This document shows positions 34,830-43,939 of a DNA stretch of 64,000 nucleotides, one piece after another. A model generated the notes under the pieces. The model was not told where the DNA came from and made no database searches. It was given only the letters and a program-made list of their open reading frames with translations. The translations under genes were made by a program, and so were the position numbers. Origin of the DNA: a virus (taxonomy: Duplodnaviria > Heunggongvirae > Uroviricota > Caudoviricetes); the IMG/VR virus record IMGVR_UViG_3300032220_000751. One strand, written 5' to 3'. Numbering within the stretch: position 1 is the stretch's first letter; every line of letters begins with the position of its first letter.

Positions 34830-35897
34830 TTACTCCATACGGGTGATGGACTTCTTGCAGATCAGCATGATGGTCTGAAGCTGACCGAAGTACGCACCTT
34901 GTGCTTTGTAGAACGGTGTCATGTACTCATCGATCTCGTGATAGATGATATCGAGATACCTGGCGAGTTTCTCTTTGACGATGTTCTCCATGTCGGTGAC
35001 TTCAGGCGTACGCACGAACGACAGGTAGGTGTTAATCGCAGTCGATCCTTGCGAATAAAGACTACGAGTACCTGCAGATGTATCGATCGAGTGTGCGAAG
35101 TTGTCAGCAGAGTCCGCACATGCATCGAGTAACTGCATGACTTCCTTCGGCTGGAAACCAGGAATCGAATAGGACGATTTCGCCAGTTCGGTTGCCTTCT
35201 TAGCCCGGCCGATCCACAGAATCTGACGAGGCTTGCTAAACGTGGTTTGTTCGTACGACGTCAGCACCCAGCAGGCCGCCAGAATGTCCGAAGCCGCATT
35301 GAACTTAGCACCCGTGACCATCACTTGCGGGGAGTTCTTGATCAGCTTCTTAGCAGCCAGATTCGGATAAGCTGCCTTACAGAGTGATGCGTATGCAGCG
35401 TCAATCTGATTCACGTCCTTGATAATCATCTTGGAGGTGTCGATCAACACGCGCAGGAAGTTCTCGTAGTCCTTGACTGCTTGTTCAGCGACGATCTTGT
35501 AAAAGGCATTGCCTTGTTCGATCGTCTGCATGAATTCTTCGAACGTCTTAGGAGTACCCGCCTGCGTCGTCATCAAGACGATATCAGGCGACGTAAGACT
35601 GATCATGGGAGCACCGGTCTTCAGCTTAGTCTTCTTGCTGAGGAACTGCTTCAGGTTATCGCCTTCGGTACGGATCTTATTCAGACCCTTTTGGAAGTTC
35701 ACTTTTTGATCGTAGAACTCAGCGTCATTCTGGAACCATTCTTTCACACGGATGATGGTGTTGTCCAAAATGCCTTCATTTGCCACAGACAAGTCAGACG
35801 AATGCGGTGCACCTGATGCACCAATCGTCATGTCGCTGATCATGTCAAGGTTTTCAGCGATTTCTTCCACAGAAAGTTTGTATTTCTTAGTAGTCAT
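34830..35897 (-). CDS. Probable virion internal head protein
   Basis: N-terminal SVEE/ANEG prohead-protease-type motifs; adjacent to other head proteins. Confidence 0.65.
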   Translation of the reverse strand: MTTKKYKLSVEEIAENLDMISDMTIGASGAPHSSDLSVANEGILDNTIIRVKEWFQNDAEFYDQKVNFQKGLNKIRTEGDNLKQFLSKKTKLKTGAPMISLTSPDIVLMTTQAGTPKTFEEFMQTIEQGNAFYKIVAEQAVKDYENFLRVLIDTSKMIIKDVNQIDAAYASLCKAAYPNLAAKKLIKNSPQVMVTGAKFNAASDILAACWVLTSYEQTTFSKPRQILWIGRAKKATELAKSSYSIPGFQPKEVMQLLDACADSADNFAHSIDTSAGTRSLYSQGSTAINTYLSFVRTPEVTDMENIVKEKLARYLDIIYHEIDEYMTPFYKAQGAYFGQLQTIMLICKKSITRME

Positions 35898-35978
35898 GAT
35901 GGACCATAATGGTTAGGGTTGTTCAATGCTTCATACGAATATGGAAGTTATTCACATTGTCGCTTTGACATGATTGAC

Positions 35979-36017
35979 GGACATAAGTGAATAGGGAAGT
36001 TGCCTCCCCTATTCACT
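35979..36017 (-). terminator. Hairpin-TTATG element (minus strand)
   Basis: AGTGAATAGGG/CCCTATTCACT with GGACATAA flank. Confidence 0.6.
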
Positions 36018-36032
36018 CAGTTTACTACTGTA

Positions 36033-37775
36033 TTACTGACGGAAGGAACGCATGTTGCGAGCGGTGAACCAGCAATACTTGGCGCCCTTGATCGCACGAG
36101 CCAGTTCGGAAGCAGCCGGGTTCTGATAACCACGAACCAGGTTCTTACCGATCTGTGCAACTTGATCCATACCGGCAATGACTTGCTGATCCTTCAGTCC
36201 CTTGGCAACCACACCCAGCTTGGACATAGCGGCATCAATCGACTTCATGATGGCATTCAGTTCATCCTTGCGACGCAGGAACTCTTGAGCGTTGGCCAGG
36301 TAAGCCAAGCCAGCATCCGCTACTTGCATAGCTTCGCCATCTTTGATGACGATCTTCTTCGAAGTGGCCAGTTCGGTACCCATCAGATTACCGGAGACCT
36401 TGGCTGCACGATGCTTGCCACTGGAAACCATCTTCACTTCGGTAGCGGTCGCCAGCTGTGCCATCTTGGTGAATTCCACACCACCCACGGTGACCGGTTT
36501 ACGAGCCGAACCGTAATGCACTTCCAGACCCTTGACGTTCAGGAGAGGGAAGTTGTTCGAGATCAGCTGCTTGGGGAACAGAGCCGCCGGGGAAGACAGA
36601 GCTTCGACACGCTTGAACAGGGCAGCGAAACCTTCAGCGTTCTGAGGAACAGCCTTGACGATAGAATCAAACTTCTTCAGCAGTTCCATCACCTTGGCAG
36701 TATGCTCCACCAGGATAGCCTTGTCGGCAGCCACGTCTTGAACAGCAGCCGCACCCAGAGCATTCACCTGACCAGCACCAGTCGAGAAGAACTGCCAGGA
36801 ACCAGCCAGGTCGAATTTGGCATCACCAGTCTTTTCCTTACCGTTACCAGTCTTGGTCTGGATGTCAGCCTTGAGTTTGGCCAGTGCCTTTTCGTACTTG
36901 CCGATTTCACCAGCGGTAGAACGGAAACTATCCGCCAGACCATGCCAGATCTTCTCTTCAGCGGTCAGACGCCACTGAGCGTAGGTAGTCAGTGCCGAAC
37001 CGATGGATTCCAGAGCGATCTGGTGTTTCTGCTGGATGGACAGACGACCATATTGTTCCATGGACGGCTTGATCAGCACGATACCCAGAGCTTCCAGAGC
37101 CGGAGTCGCTGCTTCATCGATCAGTTTCAGAGTCTGTTCGGAACCGGTACCGCTGTCGACGATCTCTTGAACAGTAGCTTGCACCACTTCCAGAGTTTCA
37201 GCAGCAGCTTCGGCTTTCTGTTCTTGGTCGAAGTCGTAGTCGGCTTCCTTGATGGCCATCTCCAGTTCCATCTCCACATCCGGTTCAACGGACATGGCTT
37301 GGTTGATGACGATCTCATCATCAGGAGCACCGGTCGGAGCCTTGATCTCGGTGGACTTGCCAGGTTCACCGCTGGGTTCAGCAGGAGTACCTTCACCTTG
37401 AGCACCCACGCCACCGTTGGTGGTGGTTTCGTCGGATTCAGTCGAGGGGGTCACTTGACGGGGTTGTTCAGGCACGCCACCCTTGGCACCTTCCTTGGCG
37501 ACTTTGTCCACGCTGGGTACGCCAGGTGCGCCGGTGTTGTCTTCGCCCTTGGGAGCACCGACAGCAGTAGCGAAGGAGTTCTCATCCTTGGGCAGAGCCT
37601 TCGGATCAGTGACGATGCCATCTTCGCCCAGTTTCTCCACAGGCTTCTGACCGTCGATTTCCGTCACGTCTGACGGTTTGGTTTCGACAATCGGATCACC
37701 GTTGGGAGCTTGTTCAGGGCTGGAACCGTCGAGCGATTCAATGCTCATGGACAGCTTGTAGTTACGTTTATTCAT
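36033..37775 (-). CDS. Virion internal head (inner-body-type) protein with acidic propeptide
   Basis: SIES, SMEQ, ALES motifs; ~250-aa E/P/G-rich propeptide; strong codon bias; resembles phiKZ abundant head paralog families. Confidence 0.7.
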   Translation of the reverse strand: MNKRNYKLSMSIESLDGSSPEQAPNGDPIVETKPSDVTEIDGQKPVEKLGEDGIVTDPKALPKDENSFATAVGAPKGEDNTGAPGVPSVDKVAKEGAKGGVPEQPRQVTPSTESDETTTNGGVGAQGEGTPAEPSGEPGKSTEIKAPTGAPDDEIVINQAMSVEPDVEMELEMAIKEADYDFDQEQKAEAAAETLEVVQATVQEIVDSGTGSEQTLKLIDEAATPALEALGIVLIKPSMEQYGRLSIQQKHQIALESIGSALTTYAQWRLTAEEKIWHGLADSFRSTAGEIGKYEKALAKLKADIQTKTGNGKEKTGDAKFDLAGSWQFFSTGAGQVNALGAAAVQDVAADKAILVEHTAKVMELLKKFDSIVKAVPQNAEGFAALFKRVEALSSPAALFPKQLISNNFPLLNVKGLEVHYGSARKPVTVGGVEFTKMAQLATATEVKMVSSGKHRAAKVSGNLMGTELATSKKIVIKDGEAMQVADAGLAYLANAQEFLRRKDELNAIMKSIDAAMSKLGVVAKGLKDQQVIAGMDQVAQIGKNLVRGYQNPAASELARAIKGAKYCWFTARNMRSFRQ

Positions 37776-37874
37776 TCGAACACCTAGGTTTTAGAAGTTA
37801 GTAATACGGATAAGGGTACTTCAGCGCTGATACCTTTCACGGTAACACATGATTTAAGGTATCAGCGTTCAGTA

Positions 37875-39899
37875 TTAGAACCAAGACCGACGCATTAAGA
37901 GTGCTGATAAATCAGCTGCCTCTAAACTAACATCGGTAAAGCATTCCATCCCAATTTCCAGATCGTCGACAACTGGCTTGCCCATCAATGCAGCAACGGT
38001 ATCACGACTCCATGTCATGATGTCGATATTGCGTGTAGACAAGTTAGTCTCTTTACCTGTGTCCAGTGCATAGTCAAAGATACTGACTGAAGAATCTTGA
38101 CCTTGACGCCAGCAACGAGCAATCGCTTGTTGACGTTCATAGTCACGATAAGGTGCATTGAACATGAGGATGTTGTTAGCCATGATCATCGGCACGGCAG
38201 TAGAGAGCGACTTGTAAGTAGCGATGACTGGATTCAAGTCAACGTCTTCTTCAAATTGCTTCAAGAGCGTGGAGAGATCTTTGTTAGTCTCACCATAAAT
38301 GAGAATAGGCTTGTAACCCTTCTCAGTTAAGTAGTCACCCATCTTTTTGACGACACCTACGTAAGTCGAGAAGATGATAGTTTTCTTGGTAGCAGCATCG
38401 ATAAAGCTTTCTGCTTTCGAATATTCCACCATGTCAACGTGACACTGCTCTCGCAACCGCCCAAGAACGCGTCCTAAAGCCTCTCCTTGCACTTTTAAGA
38501 AGTAATACTTCACCACACTACGTGCATCCTTAAACTCTTCCCGTAGCGCCTGTGGTAAGGTCGGGACGATTTTCTTCAACTCGTAGAGGTTGCAGTACTT
38601 TACCTCTTCTTTATGTAGTTTTGGATCGTAGCCTTTTCGGATCATGTACACAAAGCGCTTGTACTTCTCAAAGTCTGCTGACTCGCTCTTACGAATGGAG
38701 GCTGCATAGATACGCAAGCACTCGTTATACAAGTCCAGATAACGAGGCATCTCTTCTTCGTAATACGCCATACGTGACATGATGAAGTCACGCATCTTTC
38801 CACGCACGACTTCTAAGGTGTAGTCATGACCATTAGGCATTTCCACCTTGACTTCAACTGGAGGCAATAAGACCGAGGAGATCTCTGACTTATCGACCTT
38901 AATCATGTTGTTGCCAAGACGAGCCGCCAAGATATCCAGACCACGATTACTGTTCTTACCAAAGATCTGTAAGAAGCGATACTTCGCATCTTCGTCGAAG
39001 AACGGGTCAATCGTGACCAGTAATGGAATAACTTCCTTACCAACGGCTTTAAACGGCGTGCCAGAGGCCCAAACGGTGTGCTTACATGAAATGGCCTTCA
39101 CCAAGTCAACGACGAGCTTAGAACGCGCCGTATCCATTTCATTCAGGTTATGGGATTCGTCTAGCCAGATCATCGGCATTCTGAAAACTTTACCTGTGAA
39201 GAAGAGAACAGCACGCTCTAGTTGTTCGTAATGGAACACGTAGTTCTTGTAACCTGGTGTTAAGTCCACATTGCTGTCAGAGAACCAGCAGGTCTCCGAC
39301 TTCTTCAACTCGTTCTCTAAGGTAGCACGCCAGACTCGATCTACCGAGTTCTTCGGGACGATGAAGATATTGACGTCAGTATTTAAACAAGCACCTAGGA
39401 GCAAACCTGCAATTGTCTTACCTGTGCCAGGTTCAGCTGCTAACATGAAACCGTTTAAACCAAACTTAGGTACGATGTCATTGTAAGCATGCAGGAACTT
39501 CATCTGGCTATCTAATGGCGTCTTCTTCAACCGATTGATCTGGGTGAAGTCTAAGATGTCATTAGACGGAGAGACTGTACGCTTTAACCACGTATGTTCG
39601 TAGAGCAGCTCTACTAACTGACGCAGCGCACGATAGTTGTATCCCTCAAAGCGTTTCTTGTTTTCACGTTCAGACAAAATACGCTGGAGAGTATAAGCAA
39701 AGTCAGGAGCGAAGAACTTGTTAAACTTTAAGCTACTCTTCTTTAACTCCGTAAACATGAAGCCGGTGATCTTTGAGGTTGACCAGATCTTGAGGATGTC
39801 TTTCTCCACGAGATCGGCTGGTAAACCTTCAATACGGATTTGGTCGCGATCCTCGATCACCTTGATGGCCCCGACCAAACGTCGTACGCCTGAGAACAT
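37875..39899 (-). CDS. SF2 (SNF2/DEAD-like) helicase
   Basis: AEPGTGKT (motif I), LDESHN (II), ASGTP (III), STAV (V), QAIARCWRQGQ (VI). Confidence 0.9.
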   Translation of the reverse strand: MFSGVRRLVGAIKVIEDRDQIRIEGLPADLVEKDILKIWSTSKITGFMFTELKKSSLKFNKFFAPDFAYTLQRILSERENKKRFEGYNYRALRQLVELLYEHTWLKRTVSPSNDILDFTQINRLKKTPLDSQMKFLHAYNDIVPKFGLNGFMLAAEPGTGKTIAGLLLGACLNTDVNIFIVPKNSVDRVWRATLENELKKSETCWFSDSNVDLTPGYKNYVFHYEQLERAVLFFTGKVFRMPMIWLDESHNLNEMDTARSKLVVDLVKAISCKHTVWASGTPFKAVGKEVIPLLVTIDPFFDEDAKYRFLQIFGKNSNRGLDILAARLGNNMIKVDKSEISSVLLPPVEVKVEMPNGHDYTLEVVRGKMRDFIMSRMAYYEEEMPRYLDLYNECLRIYAASIRKSESADFEKYKRFVYMIRKGYDPKLHKEEVKYCNLYELKKIVPTLPQALREEFKDARSVVKYYFLKVQGEALGRVLGRLREQCHVDMVEYSKAESFIDAATKKTIIFSTYVGVVKKMGDYLTEKGYKPILIYGETNKDLSTLLKQFEEDVDLNPVIATYKSLSTAVPMIMANNILMFNAPYRDYERQQAIARCWRQGQDSSVSIFDYALDTGKETNLSTRNIDIMTWSRDTVAALMGKPVVDDLEIGMECFTDVSLEAADLSALLMRRSWF

Positions 39900-39913
39900 G
39901 GATTATTCCTTGG

Positions 39914-40945
39914 TTATTGATATCGATAGAGTTCTTCCACGAGACCTTCCAAAGCAAAGGCAATGAATGCCCTGAAGCTAGGGTAGTGAATCGTTTGGTA
40001 ATTACGCGGGAAGTCATCATCGAAGTGAGCGGTCTTGACGATACATCCTTTATGCTTACCTTCGTACGGTGCAATCGCCCAGACAAGGCTATCGTTGCGA
40101 GCCACTGGGATGAATCCAACATGAGAGCTATCAGGAGTCGCTTTAGCCTTCTCATCAACCTGCTTCCAGTAATTGATCTCGTTGGCGATACCTTTCAATG
40201 AGAAAATCTCACCATATTCAAACAACGCCATCGGCAAGCGCTTACGATAACGTAAGTTGAAATCGCGGATGTCACCGTTACACAAACTCAGGAAAGACCT
40301 AACGTCCGCTGGTAAGTGAACATTAGTTGCTTCTGTGAATGCCTGGAAGTCTTCATCGCTGGCTTTCACCAGTTTAGACATCAGTGCATTATAAGTCGCT
40401 TCATCCAGATGTTTTAATGTCGACATCGCGCGATGCCATGACGCCGAGATGGTTGGTGGATTGTTCTTGTCGATGACTAACTTTGTATACGACTCTTTTG
40501 GTTTAGGTTCTTCCTTCGGTTTACCGAAACCCAAGAAACTCTCCGTTGAGACGACTTCACCAGTGCGACGCTCATGCAGACGACGAAGACGATCATGGAT
40601 GTCAGGTTTAGCTTCAGCCTTAAACTTCTCGCCCAATTCCTCCATCGCACTCTTGGGAACTTCAGCAGGTTTCTCGCCACGGAACTTAGCAGCCAGTTCT
40701 TCCATGGTTGGCAGTTGCGCAGCCATAGGCGACAGAGTTTCTCCTTCAGCTGTCGGAGCCATCAGATCTAAGCCCACGTCTTCAGCAGATGCAGTGACTT
40801 TTTTCTCACCATCGATTTCTTTGCGCTGTTTGTCTATCACTTTAGCAGGAGCAACCACTGCTGGAGTATCCAGATCTTCACGTAAGTCTTCGACCGATAC
40901 ATTCTTCGTTTGGGGTGCAGCGCCCCAAGTCTTCATCCATTCCAT
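39914..40945 (-). CDS. SMI1/KNR4 (SUKH) domain protein with N-terminal propeptide
   Basis: LPADVRSFLSLCNG...IFSL...FIPVA...G.IV...SFRAFI; SVED, SAED, SAME, STES motifs upstream. Confidence 0.7.
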   Translation of the reverse strand: MEWMKTWGAAPQTKNVSVEDLREDLDTPAVVAPAKVIDKQRKEIDGEKKVTASAEDVGLDLMAPTAEGETLSPMAAQLPTMEELAAKFRGEKPAEVPKSAMEELGEKFKAEAKPDIHDRLRRLHERRTGEVVSTESFLGFGKPKEEPKPKESYTKLVIDKNNPPTISASWHRAMSTLKHLDEATYNALMSKLVKASDEDFQAFTEATNVHLPADVRSFLSLCNGDIRDFNLRYRKRLPMALFEYGEIFSLKGIANEINYWKQVDEKAKATPDSSHVGFIPVARNDSLVWAIAPYEGKHKGCIVKTAHFDDDFPRNYQTIHYPSFRAFIAFALEGLVEELYRYQ

Positions 40946-40954
40946 AATCCGTCC

Positions 40955-41512
40955 TTAATTAATCGTAAATTCAATATCAAAGGGTGGTAGGATAACTACT
41001 TCATCCTGAGTTTGAAGGTTGGTTATTTTCCTGCGGTCGCAAATGATCTTACTGAGTTCAGGCGTGATTATTAAAGCTAATTGCTTACTTGGATCACACA
41101 CCGTGCTAACCAACGTTGTACCAAATCCTCGCGCTATGAAAATATTCGTGCTAAATGAAATAGCTTTCTCAGTACTAGCATATCGGAACACATCGCCTTT
41201 CTTGTACTTCTTTACCTTACTGAAGATTGGACCATTGGGATCTCTGAGATCCATGGTATCTTGGTAATTAAGGTGTGGACTAATGCCTCGATATAAAACC
41301 AGACTTTGAGAATGCTTGTTTAACCCATTAACGATGACAGCTAACTTTTTCAGATCTTCAATGAGTCGGCGATCCGGGTAGAGAATCCAGTCGTCCAAAA
41401 CCTTTATTAGATCTTGATGTTTTAGCAATACCTGTAATTTGTGAGGATCAATCTCTGATAGCTCTAATCGTCGAGATCCCCTAACTGCAGACCACTCTTT
41501 CATCCATTTCAT
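40955..41512 (-). CDS. R-S-E class mono-ADP-ribosyltransferase-like protein
   Basis: VLYRG, ISFST, QDEVVILP. Confidence 0.7.
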   Translation of the reverse strand: MKWMKEWSAVRGSRRLELSEIDPHKLQVLLKHQDLIKVLDDWILYPDRRLIEDLKKLAVIVNGLNKHSQSLVLYRGISPHLNYQDTMDLRDPNGPIFSKVKKYKKGDVFRYASTEKAISFSTNIFIARGFGTTLVSTVCDPSKQLALIITPELSKIICDRRKITNLQTQDEVVILPPFDIEFTIN

Positions 41513-41550
41513 GATAGAAGTATAATAAAGGTTGAACTATACGATTTAGC

Positions 41551-41593
41551 GGCATAAGAGGGAGAGGATAACACCTCTCCCTAGTCCTTATGC
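41551..41593 (-). terminator. GGCATAA-hairpin-TTATG element after dnaB
   Basis: GGGAGAGG/CCTCTCCC stem. Confidence 0.6.
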
Positions 41594-43132
41594 TGCTTCC
41601 ATACTCCACCAAGGATTTTCTTCCGTACTACCGATAGGACCACCACCAGGTTTCTTCAGTGTCGTATCTGCACCATGGATATCGTCCCGGATACCACCGA
41701 TAGGATCGAATGGTAAGACGCAGTACAGATCTTTCTCTGGAGTCTGTTTAATGACCCGATGCTTACCACGTTGAACACACAAGTAACTCCGTCCGTTTAC
41801 CTTGACGATGTGAATGTGCAGTTCCAAGTCCACTTCTTGGTCTAACTGACGCGAACCTTCGTAGTAACCCTTACCAGCGACTTCTTGTACCAGTGTATCG
41901 GCACGACCATCACGCACCAACTGCTTAGCCTCAGTCGACATCTGGTGAGGAGTAAACAGAGTAATGTCACGACGACTCATGAAGTTACGAGTACGACGCA
42001 GCAAGTCACGTTTATCCACACCATGCGGGCCTTGCATACAACCAGTGGTTGGTACCAGTGCCAGATAGTCCAACTGACACATGATGATTTCGTAGCCTTC
42101 GGCCTCCAACTTCAGAATCAGGTTTTGAATATCCCGATACGTCCAGTTGGTTGGGTCGACACGCTTGATCATGATTTCCCAACCATTGATCTTCATGCGT
42201 TCTACAACGTAGCTGGTAACTTCCTTCGGATCCAGTTCGTTGTAGTCTGGCACCATCTTCAACGTTTCGTTCTCGTACAAGGACTGGTACAGGAACTGCA
42301 TGTTGTTCTTGGCTGGGTCTTCGAACGACAGGCGTAAGAGCAATGGCTTCTTGGTCTTATCGTTCAAGAGATCTTGAGCATCGTTATACAGCGCAGTATG
42401 CTTAAAGATAGACAGACCGAAACCTGTCTTGTAGTTGTGTTGCAGTGCTGACAGAAGGATCGCTTCTCCACGACGTATCCCACCTTGCAGCATCCGGTTA
42501 AGACCTTGCCAGCCTAACTTGATGATCTTCTGACCTGTCTCTTGTTCCTTCAGGTCTGAGTACATCGCTTGGACTGACTCTAAATTAGAGAAGTCAATCT
42601 CATCAACTACCGACGGGTCCTCATAGTCGTTGTTGGTTTGATAAGGTTCCAATGCAGCGCAGACTTCAGCGGTAAACACACGCAAGTCAGGAATCTTATC
42701 TTGTTCGAAACGCAGCTTCTGTGCTGCCCTCCATGTAATCTCGGCTACCTTTTGGTAGTCCAGGTAATTGCGCAGTTGCTGGCGCAGGTTCAAACAAATG
42801 CGACGCAGAGCCGCTTCGTTTAGTTCAGTAGTGATGCCTTCTGATAGGCCATCGTATAGACGATCATCATCGTCGCAATTGACTCGGATGCGTAAGAGCA
42901 GTTCCGATAATTCGTATTTATGCGATGGGGGGTTTAGTGACATCGCCAGTGCAGTTTTCTTCAATGCGCTGACGATACTCTTATCGCTGTCGATACCAAT
43001 CGACGTCTCTGGTAGCTTGACGTAATCGATAACTTGCTTGACCAAGTCGGCACTGTTGTCGACTGGATCGGCAAACTGGCTTTCTCGATAGAGCAAGACG
43101 ATGCTATTAGTGAGGAGAAGTTTGTTATCCAT
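41588..43132 (-). CDS. dnaB: DnaB-like replicative helicase (phiKZ gp118-like)
   Basis: LGWQGLNRMLQGGIRRGE, ALQHNYKT, QLDYLAL, FTPHQMS, QLDQEVD, QRGKHR. Confidence 0.85.
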   Translation of the reverse strand: MDNKLLLTNSIVLLYRESQFADPVDNSADLVKQVIDYVKLPETSIGIDSDKSIVSALKKTALAMSLNPPSHKYELSELLLRIRVNCDDDDRLYDGLSEGITTELNEAALRRICLNLRQQLRNYLDYQKVAEITWRAAQKLRFEQDKIPDLRVFTAEVCAALEPYQTNNDYEDPSVVDEIDFSNLESVQAMYSDLKEQETGQKIIKLGWQGLNRMLQGGIRRGEAILLSALQHNYKTGFGLSIFKHTALYNDAQDLLNDKTKKPLLLRLSFEDPAKNNMQFLYQSLYENETLKMVPDYNELDPKEVTSYVVERMKINGWEIMIKRVDPTNWTYRDIQNLILKLEAEGYEIIMCQLDYLALVPTTGCMQGPHGVDKRDLLRRTRNFMSRRDITLFTPHQMSTEAKQLVRDGRADTLVQEVAGKGYYEGSRQLDQEVDLELHIHIVKVNGRSYLCVQRGKHRVIKQTPEKDLYCVLPFDPIGGIRDDIHGADTTLKKPGGGPIGSTEENPWWSMEAA

Positions 43133-43240
43133 TTCTGTGAGCGATTACGCTGTATGTTTATGATTGAAGCTTTATTCCTTTCAGTACATAGGGATAGTCT
43201 GCTTCATTATTTTTTTACACTTGATGCCTTAGGAGTATCC

Positions 43241-43888
43241 ATGATTTTTACGAGCCACAATGGCAAGTTGGTCAAAGGTGTCAACTTCATTCCCTTCTGG
43301 ATTGTTGAGGCTGTGCAAAGCCGCAGGCTTCCCTTGAAGACCGTCTTTGAAGCTGACAAGCTCATGGGGATCGTCCCCAAAGCTGACCTGTGCGGTTATC
43401 TTGCATTAGATAATGTGAAGTTCCAAGACCTCCTGTTTGGTGGTCCGCCGCCTTTGATGGTCGGCAGTAACATCCCACAAGACACCCTTGTTGTCTATAA
43501 TCCTTTGAACAACTACAACACGCTGTACGACAGCATGGCTGGTAAGGATGCAGCTCAAGGCAATGACTTCATGCTCAACATCGCTGGCGTTTGTCATGAC
43601 CAGTCTGTTCAAGACGAAGTGGAAGCACGACTTTTCACGGAGGGATGCCGAAACCAAGAGCATAAAAAACCATTTATTATTTATGACATTACACCAGAGC
43701 GTTTCGGTGTAGTCATTTACCCAGGGTTCTTCACTGGTGGAGTCGATACACTCCCCCTGCAGATGGAACTCATGGAAAGCCTCCAGAAGGAATTATATGT
43801 GCACGTACCGTACAACGATGTGTGCGCATCGCCTTTGTTCGGAAGGTATCTGGCGCGTATGGGATCGCAAGATCTTGTAGCAACCTAA
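43241..43888 (+). CDS. Conserved hypothetical protein upstream of the major capsid gene
   Basis: ATG 43241 after AGGAG; position matches the phiKZ-type gene between dnaB and capsid. Confidence 0.75.
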   Translation: MIFTSHNGKLVKGVNFIPFWIVEAVQSRRLPLKTVFEADKLMGIVPKADLCGYLALDNVKFQDLLFGGPPPLMVGSNIPQDTLVVYNPLNNYNTLYDSMAGKDAAQGNDFMLNIAGVCHDQSVQDEVEARLFTEGCRNQEHKKPFIIYDITPERFGVVIYPGFFTGGVDTLPLQMELMESLQKELYVHVPYNDVCASPLFGRYLARMGSQDLVAT

Positions 43889-43939
43889 CTGATTGCCCCA
43901 AAAGCAAACTTTTCTCAACTGCATTACAGGAAGACAAAA

